A stretch of 64,000 nt of DNA from Obrimoposthia wandeli (GCA_977020255.1 CDROCS010006580.1:1-64000); one strand, 5' to 3'; shown: positions 11,744-25,379, counted from the first letter of the stretch. The notes: generated by a model not told the origin, from the sequence alone. Program-made: numbers and translations.

Positions 11744-14700
11744 AATCAAACTATCGACACTCTTATTTTAAAAATTACATTCACTTGCTAAACCCAATTA
11801 CTTGTATTGAAATTCAAACTATCAATCACTTGCTCGTCATACTTGCATTCAATCTAACTATAATTTATTCCTTAAAAACTCTATTTTAATTTACTTATAG
11901 TCTAAATTACACTTGTCGTCATTCAATCAAACTATCGGCACTCTTATTTTTAAAATTACATTCACTTGCTAAAACCCACTTACTTGTATTTAAATTCACA
12001 TTCTTGCTGGCCCACTACTTATTAATTCTGACTATAATCACTTGCTCGTCATACTTGCATTCAATCTAACTATAATTTATTCAACAAAAACTCTATTTTA
12101 ATACTTATTTACTTATGAGTCTAATGCAGCACACTCTTATTTTATTACAAGTACTTACACTTCCCGCTAAACCCCTTACTTGTATGGTGAGAAGATTCAA
12201 ACTATCAATCACTTGCCTATACTGTGCTCATTCAATTTAACTACAATTTATCCAACCAAAACTCTATTTTCAATTTCTTATACTCTAAATCTCCCTTGCA
12301 TTCAATCAAACTATCGACACTCTTATTTTTAAATTACATTCAGCATTTAGCTAAACCCACTTGCTTTGTATTAAAGAAAATTCAAACCATATCAATCCAC
12401 TTGCTCGTCATACTTGCATTAATCATAACTTGCATTCAATTTATTCACTTCCACAAAAATTTATTCAACAAAACTCTCTTTTAATTTACTTATAGTCTAA
12501 GTGCAGCATTAAATCAAAATATCTTATTTTAATTGTTCATATAATACCAATTAAATTCATACTATCATCCTTAACCATGTACTTTGACACTCATCATAAT
12601 TTTTAAAAAATTACATTCACTTGTTAAAACTCTATTTTGTTCCCTTTATAGTCTTGTATTGAAAATTCAAACTATGTATCACTCAATCAAACTAGTCATA
12701 CTTGCATTTTTTTTAAAATTACAACTATAATTTATTCAACAAAAACTCTATTTTAATTTACTTATAGTCTAAATTACACTTGCATTCAATCAAACTATCG
12801 CACTCTTATTTTAAAATTACATTCACTTGTTAAACCCACTTACTTGTGAAAATTCAAACTATCAATCACTTGCTAGTCATACTTGCATTCAATCTATAAT
12901 TTATTCAACAAAAACTCTATTTTAATTTACTTATAGTCTAAATTACACTTGCATTCAATCAAACTATCGACACTCTTATTTTTTAAAATTACATTCACTT
13001 GCTAAACCCACTACTTGTGTGAATTTCATACTATCAATCACTTGCTCGTCATACTTGCATACAATCTAACTATAATTTATTCAACAAAAACTCTATTTTA
13101 ATTTACTTATAGTCTAAATTACACTTGTATTCAATCAAACTATCGACACTCTTATTTTTAAAATTACATTCACTTACTTGTATTGAAAATTCAAACTATC
13201 AATCACTTGCTCGTCATACTTGCATTCAATCTAACTATAAAATCTATTGTCCAACAAAAACTGAAAATTCAAACTGCAATCACGCCGTCGTCACTTGCAT
13301 TCAATCTAACTATAATTTATTCAACAAAAACTCTATTTTAATTTACTTATAGTCTAAATTACACTTGCATTCAATCAAACTATCGACTTTCTTATTTTTA
13401 AAATTACATTCACTTGCTAAACCCACTTACTTGTATTGAAATTCAAACTATCAATCACTTGCTCGTCATACTTGCATTCAATCTAACTATAATTTATTCA
13501 ACAAAAACTCTATTTTAATTTACATATAGTCTAAATTACACTTGCATTCAATCAAACTATCGACACTCTATTTTAAAATTACATTCACTTGCTAAACCCA
13601 CTACTTGTATTGAAATTCTACTATCATCACTTGCTCGTCATACTTGCATTCAATTAACTATAATTTATTCAACAAAAACTCTATTTTTAATTTACTTATA
13701 GTCTAAATTCACTTGTATCAAACTAAACTATCGACACTCTTATTTTTTAAAATTACATTCACTTATTAAACCCACTTACTTGTATTGAAAATTCAAACTA
13801 TCAATCGCATACTTGCTCGTCATGCGCACTTGCATTCAATCTAACTATAATTTATTCAACAAAAACTCTATTTTAATTTACTTATAGTCTAAATTACACT
13901 TGCATTCAATCAAACTATCGACACTCTTATTTTTAAAATTATTCGCTTGATTAAACCCACTTACTTGTATTGAAAATTCATATCAATCACTTGCTCGTCA
14001 TACTTGCATTCAATCTAACTATAATTTATTCAACAAAAACTCTATTTTAATTTACTTATAGTCTAAATTACACTTGCATTCAATCAAACTATCGACACTC
14101 TTATTTTTTTAAAAATTACATTCACTTGCTAAACCCACTTACTTGTATTGAAATTCATTCTATCAATCACTTGCTCGTCATACTTGCATTCAATCTAACT
14201 ATAATTTATTCAACAAAAACTCTATTTTAATTTACTTATAGTCTAAATTACACTTGCATTCAATCAAACTATCGACACTCTTATTTTAAATTACATTCGC
14301 TTGTTAAACCCACTTACTTGTATTGAAATTCATACTATCAATCACTTGCTCGTCATACTTGCATTCAATCTAACTATAATTTATTCAACAAAAACTCTAT
14401 TTTAATTTACTTATAGTCTAAATTACACTTGCATTCAATCAAACTATCGACACTCTTATTTTTTTAAAATTACATTCTCTTGTTAACCCACTTACTTGGT
14501 CAATTCAAACTATCAATCACTTGCTCGTCATACTTGCATTCAATCTAACTATAATTTATTCAACAAAAACTCTATTTTTAATTTACTTATAGTCTAAGCT
14601 TATTCATTGCTCGTCATTGCGACACTCTTATTTTTAAAATTACATTCGCTTGACACTTAAACCCACTTACTTGTATTGAAAATTCAAACTATCAATCACT

Positions 14701-14840
14701 TGCTCGTCATACTTGCATTCAATCTAACTATAATTTATTCAACAAAAACTCTATTTTAATTTACTTATAGTCTAAATTACACTTGCATTCAATCAAACTA
14801 TCGACACTCTTATTTTAAAAATTACATTCACTTGCTAAGA
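11744..14840 (-). repeat. sat1 array in inverted orientation, about 17 monomers
   Basis: Repeated CACTTGCATTCAATCAAACTATCGACACTCTTATTTT, the reverse complement of sat1; noisy or degenerate at ~11900-12700. Confidence 0.95.
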
Positions 14841-15000
14841 CTCTTACTTGTAAATGACATTCATACTTGCATGCATAATTTTATTCATTTACATTCATTC
14901 TACCTCTCATTTTATTCAAACTCTCATTCAAATATTCAAATAAATTAATATTTTTACTAATTTTCTATTAATTCCGTTGTAACTTAGTCGTTGAAACGAA

Positions 15001-15262
15001 AAGAATGTATAAAGAATGGACTTTCTTACTTTGTAAATGTTATTCACTTAAGTTTGATGATGATATTATGAAATTACATAATAAATGTGTTTAATTTTGT
15101 ATTATTCTCTGACTTCTTTCTTATTTTATTTTTTATTTTAATATATAATTGAAGTTATTTAAAGAAATTTTATCATAATTCTATAAATGTGAAAGCCTAG
15201 GAAAAACTTTGATCTAAATTTCACATAAAATAGTATGTGTGTGATTACGTAATACATTCTTA
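15001..15262 (+). pseudogene. POLB: pPolB 3'-end fragment plus inner part of Polinton TIR (right-arm copy)
   Basis: 15001-15063 matches 39294-39356 and 15065 onward matches 39581 onward. AGCCTAGGAAAAACTTTGATCTAAATTTCACATA...GATTACGTAATACATTC then matches the inner TIR. Confidence 0.88.
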
Positions 15263-15750
15263 ATTGGTTTAAAAGCGTACATGGAAAAAATTTTTTCAGA
15301 CAAATTATTATTTGAAGTCGAACATTATCGTTTATTTATATTTATTTCCCTACAACTCACAAGAACTCAGTACATGCGTAAGAAGCAGAAATGTTCAAAG
15401 TGAGTTTATCTTAGTCGAGATTGAGGGCGAAAATGCCCAAAGATGAACATTATCCAATCAGCATCATCGTGTCTCTAGCATCTAATGGGATTCCAGCGAT
15501 GGGTGAACAAGAAACATTAATCATCTCGGGATAACTAAATACTATTCAATGGCCTATGTCAATAGGTTGCTTGGAATTTCAATGAGATTTCCTAGAAACA
15601 GTATTAACAATTTTATCTGATACATCCATATTTTCTTTTTGTACATTCCATTTTTTTAATTCAAAAATCGTTGGATTATAACGACTGATAATGGCTAAAA
15701 AGAAAATGGTTCAAAAATATTCGTCTATTTGTGATAGTTGATCGGTTATT

Positions 15751-15829
15751 ATGTCGGGAACGCGACGAGGACTTGTTGCTCCACAAAACACTTTTCTGGA
15801 TAATATTATTCGGCGATGTAACGCACAAA
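15751..15829 (+). CDS. eag: EAG-family (KCNH1/5, Kv10-like) potassium channel, coding exon 1 (PAS-cap)
   Basis: Translates MSGTRRGLVAPQNTFLDNIIRRCNAQ, matching the EAG N-terminal RRGLVAPQNTFLxNIIRR signature. 79 bp ending in phase 1 at a GTACGT donor (15830). Confidence 0.93.
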
Positions 15830-18800
15830 GTACGTTGATTTTGATTTCAAGTGTTGAGATTTTCTTATATAAAACTATGTGATATGTGCACATTTCTAGG
15901 CCCAGGAAAACTGTAATATTCGAGAGAAACTGAGATATCAATTACTCAGAGAGCATTAACATTTATAGGCAATTCCCGATTTCTATGACAATAATCTGAA
16001 TTCAACAACAGTTTCTTTAATATTCAAATTTAATCACTAAAATATTAAAAAAAACGCTTACATTTTTATTACTTTACTGAAACGTTTTTGATTTAAATCG
16101 CTTTGTTTTATAATCTGAAGTTGTTGTTTGAATACATCAAAAACTTAAATCAAAAACTTAAATCACAAAGTCAAATACAAAGTCAAAAAGTCTGGATACT
16201 AATATTATTTTGAAAATCTGATTATAAATATAAGAAAATATTAACATCGACATATTACATTTTAATGAAATTAATATTAATAAAAAATCTTGTTTAGACA
16301 TTTGGAGAGCTTACGTTAAAATTCTTAAAATTACATCAGGACAATAAATTTACAAAGATTTGTATGAAAATTAAAGAAAATAAAATGTGTGCCAAATTTC
16401 AAAATTTTCTTTAAAATTATGTGTCTCGAAAATAACTTTATTCGATGAAACACGAATAAATAGGATGAACAAATGTTCTTTTTTTATTTAGAAATACAAT
16501 GTTCCTAATCTTTTAATGCATACCAGTATTGTTGTACGGATGCTTATGGAAATTTTGTTGAGTGTCTTATATTAGCTGCTGATTAGTAATCTAGTGGACT
16601 GCCAAATTAATTACCCTCGAAGAACATGTACCAAGGACTTATTCCAACTGAATTTTAAATATTTGGATTTTATTTTTATAAAGTTAAAAATGTTTTTGAA
16701 CGTCATAGAATAAGAGTAGTAATTGCCCCTAAAATCATTTTAAAAAATCCCGAAAAATTCATATAACAATTCTTAAAGTTATTTCATACTTTAACCCTTG
16801 TAACACGTTTAATTTTCTTAAATTTATTATGGAAAATTTATAAAATTAAAAAAAATTAAATAACTATAGATTATAGTTTAAAATACGATACAGAACGATG
16901 ATACCTTGAAGAAACAAAAAGAAAAAAGAAGTGTTTTGTAAAGTAATTTGCACCACAAAATAAATAATGTCAACAGAAGATATACTTTCGTTAAAAACTA
17001 TTATTCGTTAAAAACTATTATTTATATAATTCAAATCCTATTTACAACAGTCAAATTTAAAAAACATATTATCATATTCAATAAATAAGTAAAATATTAC
17101 AAATAACTTCAAGTTTTAACTTTAAAAATCCTAGTACCTAGTAACATGACGCTAATATGGATACATTCTGTTCAGATGCCATTTTTGTTACTTTTATAAG
17201 GCCAAAAAAGAAACTAGTGACTTTATCTGATAGAAAACATTTCAATTTAGGTATATAAAAAATTTTACTTTAAATATTTTTCAATCGCTGAAAAAATAGG
17301 GTTAACATGAGCTATTTGAATAATAAACCTTCTTTATGCCTATAAGGGTTAAAAAGTAACAATTTTAAACAGTTCTATTTTATTTACATTTGCTACATTT
17401 GCTTTTAAAAATTATTTAGCCTATGTATTTAAAGAGACGATTCAATTACTCCATTAAACTTCTCTGGAAAATTGATCTGCCTAGTCCGCTTTGTTATCTT
17501 GAATATAAGCCTTTCTCTGGATAACCATACGGTAAAATCTCTTTACAAAGTTTAATTTTTCATCGATTTTCACTCTAGACCTCTGGAAGTAGATCTATTT
17601 TTCATACTTTAAATTATTCCATATTTGCCTTTTAATTTTTTATTTACTTGTTTATTTTATGCTATTAAGTTGAAATTTTGAAATGTTTAACAGTAAAAGA
17701 TTATCTGCTGTCAGAAGATACAAAGAAAAATGTAGATATGAAAAACTTTGATAGATTCCAATGTGCAGAATGCAAAAATAAATTTAAAGCAAACCAACAT
17801 TGTGGAGAAAACTAATTCTTTCAAAGTATGGATAGGATGTCACTTTTTCGCATGGCCTTGACATAGAAGGAAACAAGTCAACTGTATTATTCCTTGAGGC
17901 AATTGAAAATTGCAATAATTAAAAGATATTTATAAAAATTACATTTCCGACAGCATTTTTTTTAGTATTATAAAAAAATCTTCCTTTTCACAATGGTAAA
18001 ATTATATAAAGAAAATTTAATAAACATTACTGTTTTATTAATTTTTTAACGTTCTTTTGGTAAACGCTGAACACTTAAACTTTGAATAATAAAACACTTT
18101 ATCAAGCACAAATATATCTTTCCCATGTGAGCTATTTATTAAAATAGTATTGATAAAAACTCCAACCACCTTCTCTTGTAGCTTTTCGCCGCTTCTCTTT
18201 CATTCCAGCCATTGGCTTTGTCAAATCTACTTCATTCAAATATTTCTTAACTCTTCGCTTTAACTGGCCATGCAATTTTTGTCAGATTTTGGTGTACGTT
18301 TTCTGTTTAATTTTCACCTAAAAGCTTAAAGTTGGGTTTAGTTCAGGCACTGTTGGTTGATGCCACTTTCTTCAAACGCTTGAATTGTTAAGATGGCATA
18401 GTGACTGGCGAAAACGATAATGAGAGTTAGGATAATGTCGCTGTATGAACAAATGCACCTAATATAATCTTTACATGTAAATTTATTTTGTGATAGCTTC
18501 ATTACTCTCAGATAATACAGAATGAGAGTTACTCTTTGAATCACTTCTGAAACGATTTTTAATTTCTGTAAAAATACATTTACAAGGGCATATCATTTTT
18601 CGTTAACTCAATAAAGCAGATTTGCTGGAATTATACTATACAAGAGAGCGAAGTACGCTTCATCATTTACTATTATTTCTGGACCACCATTATCATCGAG
18701 AAAAATAATGTCGTAAAGTAAATGAACTCAGGTTTCCATTATGAGTTTTTTCAAAGTGTTACAATTTACGTTCTTCTTCTACAAATTTGTATTTGCAAAG

Positions 18801-21569
18801 CAGTTTTCCTTCACAATGACTACAATAATTCTTCTATGTTACTGGTTAAATGTAGTTTTGATGAATCAAACATAGAACGCAATGAGAAACAATTCACAAT
18901 GATTAACTAGAATCAACTAAGTTTGAGTTATTTGTAGTGCTCTCAATGTTGTGGATCTTCCTCACATAAAAATTGGATACAGACAACACATGGGTTTCTT
19001 GTGATTGTGGGACAGCAGAGATAGTGTTAGTTACTCCACTGACGGAATAGGGTCGGTGTAAAAAGATTTAACTCGGTGAATACATCTAAGGTCACCTGGC
19101 TTTCTCCTCACATGAAACTGGATAAACGATCAGCCCGGTTTTGCAATAAATGTAACAGTAGTTCTCAGAAAAGGGTGTCAATTATTTTAGTGTAGTAATC
19201 TTAAAGCGTCTGACTTCATTGAGCATGGATATGATTTTCTGTGATGCAGCATGTTGATAGGAATGCATTTTCTTCATTGTCAACTGGAGTTTCTTACAGT
19301 GAAGATATAGAATCAAGAACGACGTGGTACAGCTATAATGGAGGATTCTTTAAAGAGAATCTGGTATACAATACAAATAACAGTCTAAATCTTTCAAATC
19401 AATAAATAGTGAACTATTTGACTGTTATTTAGTACAATACTTATCTACACGAGAAAAACAACTTTTGTATGAAATTTCTTCTTCAGCTAATCATGATTAT
19501 TTCAAATAATAAACCCCAATTTTTTTCTGAAATAATTTCTCATTATTTTCTTCGATCCAGGACCGTTTATTTATTGTTATTCTTATTTGGTCTAAACATA
19601 AGCCCTATAGTTTCAATGCATTCTCTTTTAGCCATTATTACTTTTTCAAATGTGGTTTTATACATTCAGATTTATTTGCATTTAAAAATAAATCTGTTCA
19701 CAAATCATTGACGAAAATCTATTTTATCTAACAGTGCAGTCCTAATTTGTGTAGAAGAAAAAGTTAAAATCCTGCTTCAATTTCAAACTTGACTTTACAA
19801 ACAGAGAAATTGGATTTTGAATTTTATTGTAGCGATAAAACTTGGATTTTTATTGTAGTACGTCAAGTAGTACAATCAAGATTTCATTCGGAAAAACTTG
19901 AATCATTGAGCACTCTAAATAGTTTGGCTTGTTTTTTTCTCTCATTTTAGTACTTGCTATTGTTGCATCTTGTAAATTAATCTCATTAATGAAACTACAA
20001 AGGGACAATTATGTGATTTCCGACTTTTTAATCTACTTCTCTCATTTTTACAACTAATTATTTAAACAATTGTTCATTGAAATTTGTCTCAGCGAATTTT
20101 AAGGAATCTAGTTCTTGGAACTGTTCCTTGGTTATCTTTAGAAAGAATGAGCCACGTATCAAATACCAGATGTTAAATGTCTAAAAATAAGTCTAATACT
20201 GTTTTTGGTAGTTTATTACTCAAAAGTGACCATAATTATTTTCGTAATTTGAGAATGTCTTGATCAATCTGCAGTCATCATCACTGCTTCTAAGCTGTTT
20301 AAACATGCTCACTTCATCAGGCTCGAGAAGATCATATATATTTATACATCATGTGGGATCTTAGATCCAATTTTGACATTGATCTCTAGCCAATGGAGCT
20401 AAATGTAGAAACTATAAAAGAGAGAACTTCAAACTTCTTATACAAAATAATTGACTGGTTAGCTACTTTCTTCCAAAAAAATGTGACACGTAACCCAGAT
20501 TAAAAAATGCAATGTATAAAATTAGTTCCAGACAAAAAGGGAATTTATAAACAATGAAGTCTTATTAAATCAAAATTTAGAGGTCAACAAGGTTATTTGA
20601 AAATCGAATCCATTAATTTTTTAAAACTTGAAGCTTCCTCAGATTCCACATTCTTCTTATTTTTTAGCATGAATACAAGCTATATTTCGCGAATTACCAG
20701 AAATTGAGGTTGTAACAGTTATTTTAATTGACTTTCTATATAATTCATTATTCAGTAAGCTGCATGTTGTTATTTTATATATTATATTATTTTGAGTTCA
20801 CATGAAAACCTTAAGAAATGTGATTTTTTTTTCAAAACACACCTGAAAACTATTGTTTTGTTTTATATCAATAATGCTTTGTGAATAAATCATGTAATTT
20901 ATTTCTTTTCACATCCTAAAACAATTCTATTTAATTAGTTTTCCAAAACGTAGTGGAATATAGATAAATGCTTTAAAATATTTGTTTATTTATAGCTTAA
21001 TGGATTTAATAATACAGGCTTATTTTCATTAAATTCCATGCTAGGGAAATATTACTGTACGTAATATGATTTTCCTAGTTTATATCAGATCAATTTGGGG
21101 AGTATTTAATTCTGTCTGTAAGTGTAGACAGATTCTTTTGTTGAAGCAATTCTCGGGAGAAGTAGATTCGTGGTGATCAATGGTTAGAATTTGTGAGAGT
21201 CTGGTTGGTAGGATATAAATTTGTGGTATTTTTTGTCTACCTCATTCCTCTATAATGTATATAGTAACATGAATTATTAAATATTTCCATGGACGTTTTA
21301 ACCATGGAATAAGATGGACAGTTTAGAGTGCTCCTTGAATTCAAGGTCAAATATATTAATTGAAAAATATTTTATTATTGTTTAAATAGAAAAATAATTC
21401 AAAATAATTTTGAATATTTTTTTGAATATGTTTATATTTAAAAAAATTGTATTCTATTTCACTCTTATTGGAATTTATAAGTTTAAACAAACTTAATATT
21501 TTAAATGTAAATTGAAGTCAAAGAATATAATATCAATTATTTTTGCTTACAACTAATGTATATATTTTC

Positions 21570-24160
21570 AATTTATTGTAAACGACAGTAAACTATCAAT
21601 TACTTTTTATGTAATGGAATATTACAGTAATAACTTACAACATATTAAACTAAATATATACAAAATATATTATGTTTACAAGTTAATTTATTGATCAAAT
21701 CATTAAAATTATGATTAATAAGTAAAGTACTTGAAGTTGTTTGTTGTAAATTATATTACAGTAATAACTTACAACATATTAAATTGAAAATATGCAAAAT
21801 TATATTATGTTTACAAGTCAATGTATTGTACAAAACATTAATATTATGATTATTAAGTAAACTACATGAAGTTTTTGTTGTAAATTATATTACAGTAATA
21901 ACTTACAACATATTAAACTGAATATATGCAACAACAAATATTATGTTTACAAGTCAATTTATTGTACAAATCATTAATATTATGATTATTAAGTAAACTA
22001 CTTGAAGTTTTTGTTGTAGATTATATTGAAGTAATAACTTACAGCATATGAAAGTGAATATATGCAAAAATATATTATGTTTACAAGTCAATTTTCGAAT
22101 GTAAAGTAAACAAAATTAAATAACTCGAAAGAAATTTTAATATTTGAAAGAATAAACTTAATAGAAACTTATATTTGGAATTTATATTATATGCAGTCTG
22201 CGTGGTACTTTAGCTACTAACTTTATGATTAAAATATTTTTATAGTTTAAAGATAAAATCACTTGATACAAAACCATAATAATTTGGCAAAGAAATATTG
22301 TTTAATATATAAAATGAATTTTTGAAGAAATAAATTGAATATTCATATTATATTAACAAGACAATGGCAAAAATATCAAGTAATTTAATTATATATATTT
22401 TTATGCGAAGTTTATTATTATACTAATTAACGTCCTAAGTTACAATTTCAGTGATACTCTATAACTCTTATTCATTTACACATTCGGTATTACTAACTTT
22501 TTTAGTTACTCTTTTTATCACTTAGTATCATTTTAAACCATAATATCTAACTCTTATTAACTATTATTCACTTGATACTCTTAATTTTATTATTTTATAA
22601 AATAAATAAAAAAAAGATTATTTAGAAAGTTGAATAATATATTGAGGTATTAAGATGATAATCTAATATGTTTGAAGAAGTTGTTTTATTTGCATATTAA
22701 ACAATGTGATTAAAGATTTGGTATTATAATTTAACGACAAAGCTTTCAGTTTGTTTTCATTTATTTTCATGTCTTTGAAAATAATTTTACAATATTCAAT
22801 ACACAGAGAATAAAATTGTTTGTTGAGTTAATTTACTAAATTTGTATATTTATAAATATATTTTAGAATAGTTAAAAAGAGAAACGAATAATGATAATTT
22901 CAAATTATATTTATGAATATATTTGTATAATCAAGTTATTTGAAAATAAAGAATTCAAATTTATCTAATTATTTAAAAATATTTAAATTATGGAATGTTA
23001 TTAAACGAGATAAGACATTTTAATTATTTAATTGCATGAGTATATATGAACTGTTAACTTTAGAGCAAGTACATTAAGGTAAAAGATGTGAAAATAAAAT
23101 ATGAAAGTTCACATCTTAATTATTATAATTTCATCAGATTGTTACATCATCTTCATTGATTGATAGTATTAATTTAATAATTAGCTAGTACTCACTTACA
23201 GTTTTACATTCACTTATAAAGACTCTTACTTGTATTCGTATTCGCTTGCATCCATACTTGCATTTATTTACATTCATTCTAACTCTCATTATTCAAACTA
23301 GCATTCAAATTCATTGATATTTTTACTAATTTTCATTCATACCTTCAAACTTAGTGTTTTTTCTATTAATCTCGCTGTAACTTAGTCGTTCTAACTTTTA
23401 ATATTATTCAGTATCACTGCTTCTTATAGTTGCTTACTTGTTATTAATCTAACTGTCACTTTATATAAATTGTATTCATACGAATTCTCTTTTTTAATTT
23501 ACTTAGAGTATAAATTACACTCGCATTCAATCATACTCTCGACACTCTTATTATTTTTTTTCCAAATACATTCACTTGCTAAGACTCTTACTTGTATTTG
23601 CATTCTCTTGCATTCATACTTTCATTCATTTACATTCATTCTAACTCTCATTATTCAAACTAGCACTAAAATTCATTAATATTTTTACTAATTTTCGTTC
23701 ATACTTGCAATAGTATTCTTTCTTACTTGTACTTGTAACTGCATTCATTCATACTTGTACTTAAATTCATTGTTAATTGTACTTGCTTTATTTACATTTA
23801 CACTTGTATTAATTCATACAATCGATAATTAATTTTATGTGTTCTTACAAGACATTTTAATTATATTTTAGAAAGTCGAATAATAAATCGAAATACTAAG
23901 TTGATAATCGAATATATACATAATTTGATTTGTTTACATATAAAATAATATAACTAAATATTTTGTATTTTAATTTATAAAAAAAACTTTCAGTAACTTT
24001 GAATAACATGACGTCTTTCAAACATTCATAAGAAAAACTGTCAGCAAAGATGGTTTAGAACCACATAACTTTTAAACATTCCTGGGTTGAGCTGGGCAAG
24101 TGCTAATGTTAAAACATAAAGTTGAACTGATGCAGGATCCTGAAATATACATGATTTCTG
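21570..24160 (+). mobile_element. Older degenerate Polinton derivative with a few sat2 units, the spacer, 1-2 sat1-like monomers and a PolB fragment
   Basis: 21570-22090 is homologous to 10030-10380; 22098-22380 to 11455-11740; 23200-23395 to 14820-14992. 23470-23600 resembles one sat1 monomer. Confidence 0.75.
24009..24159 (+). pseudogene. POLB: pPolB internal fragment
   Basis: Aligns to 38132-38291 (GATGGTTTAGAACCAC...CATTCCTGGGTTGAG...GTTGAACTGATGCAGGATCCTGAAAT) with small deletions. Confidence 0.88.
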
Positions 24161-25379
24161 AAAAAAATTTACTTCAATATCATATTAAAAAAATGTTGTT
24201 TGATGTTTTATTTATTTAATAAATAATTTAAAATTAATATGAATAGCAATACAATTGAAATATAAAATTCTTGGCATTGTTTTAATACATTCATTGTAAA
24301 TAATAAAACGCGCAAACTTTAGAGATATTTGTAAAGTTTCAATCAGTTTTGACAATAATTATATTGATCTTTCGGATATACGTCAATAGATCATATGAAA
24401 ATACTTACAGTATGTTGATTATTTATTAAAAATGGTTGATTATTGCAATTTTTAAATTCAATAAATTAGATATATTATTCTTTTATTATATAACTATATT
24501 TTGATATTTATGTTTTAAAATCAAATTTGTTTAATTACATCAATAAAAACAATGAAAACTTTGCGTAAATTTATATATTCTCAAAATTATTTTTTAAAGT
24601 TTTGATTAAACATTTTGCTTAGTTTTTTTTATATTTAATTAAAATTATATTTCAATATTATATTTTTAAAAATTTTGATGTAAATTTTTTTTTACTTAAT
24701 ATTTATTTAAAATAATGATACTTTAATATTTTATTTTTAAAAATTCCGTTAAATTAAAATTTGTTAAACTGTAACAAAAATTACCAAAATAATTTACCAC
24801 AAATTTAAAATTAATGTTTTTAAAAATTTTTGAATATTAAAAGTACTTTTTTTTCACCAAGTATGCATGACATATAATTTAAGTTATTTAAAGAAATTTT
24901 ACAGGTTTTTAAATATTAATAGGAATGCACAACATATGAGAATACATAAAATACACTAGTCCAATTGCAAAAAATAACTCAATGTGAAAATTGTAAATTG
25001 CCTTAAAAAGTAAAAAGACATGAATAACATTTATTTCTTGAAACATACAAAACCAATATATATTAAAACAGGTATGTTAAACTCGTTTACCACCACATGC
25101 CCCATCAAATATTAAATTTTAACCTGAGTTCCATAAAAAAAATAAAAGGAATCAATTAATATTTTTAAACAATATTAAATTAATATTAAAAAAAGAGAAT
25201 ACAAAATGTTAGCCATGTGGAAAAAATACATACAAAGTTTCAAAGCTGTTTTATCAAATTTAAATAAGATTAACAAAATTAACAAAATTTATTGTGGCTT
25301 TAGATATCTCGAAAATTGTTAACTTTTACAGAAAATTTTAGATTATGTCCGATTTTTAAAACTTTAGACCACAATAATT

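Larger units (their letters stand above)
819..15262. mobile_element. Palindromic (foldback) non-autonomous Polinton/Maverick derivative filled with two satellite arrays; outer part of right arm missing
   Basis: Starts AGTAGGTAGAAGGATGGAGTCT at 819, the reverse complement of the Polinton right terminus ending at 40738. About 1610-1950 is the reverse complement of ~14920-15262. Both satellites run in opposite orientation either side of ~9935-10030. Confidence 0.85.

Noticed and set aside
1958-14840. ORFs at 4717-7507, 8649, 12224 and 13125, and a CRISPR-like appearance of the arrays
   Set aside because: The ORFs are translations of satellite monomers. The arrays are head-to-tail near-identical units with no unique spacers or cas genes, in a eukaryotic context.
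15349-15362. CCTACAACTCACA resembles a right terminus (CCTACT) followed by the left flank of the 819 terminus (CTCACA), i.e. a possible TSD for the foldback
   Set aside because: It needs a mismatch plus an insertion, the preceding ~90 bp has no TIR similarity, and short matches like this are expected by chance.
16795-17348. TTAA-CCCTT ... AAGGG-TTAA, suggesting a piggyBac MITE
   Set aside because: Similarity between the ends does not extend beyond ~5 bp.
18100-20500. GC-richer, coding-like patches with short ORFs (18338, 18722, 19469)
   Set aside because: Probably decayed transposon sequence, but no diagnostic motif could be assigned by eye.
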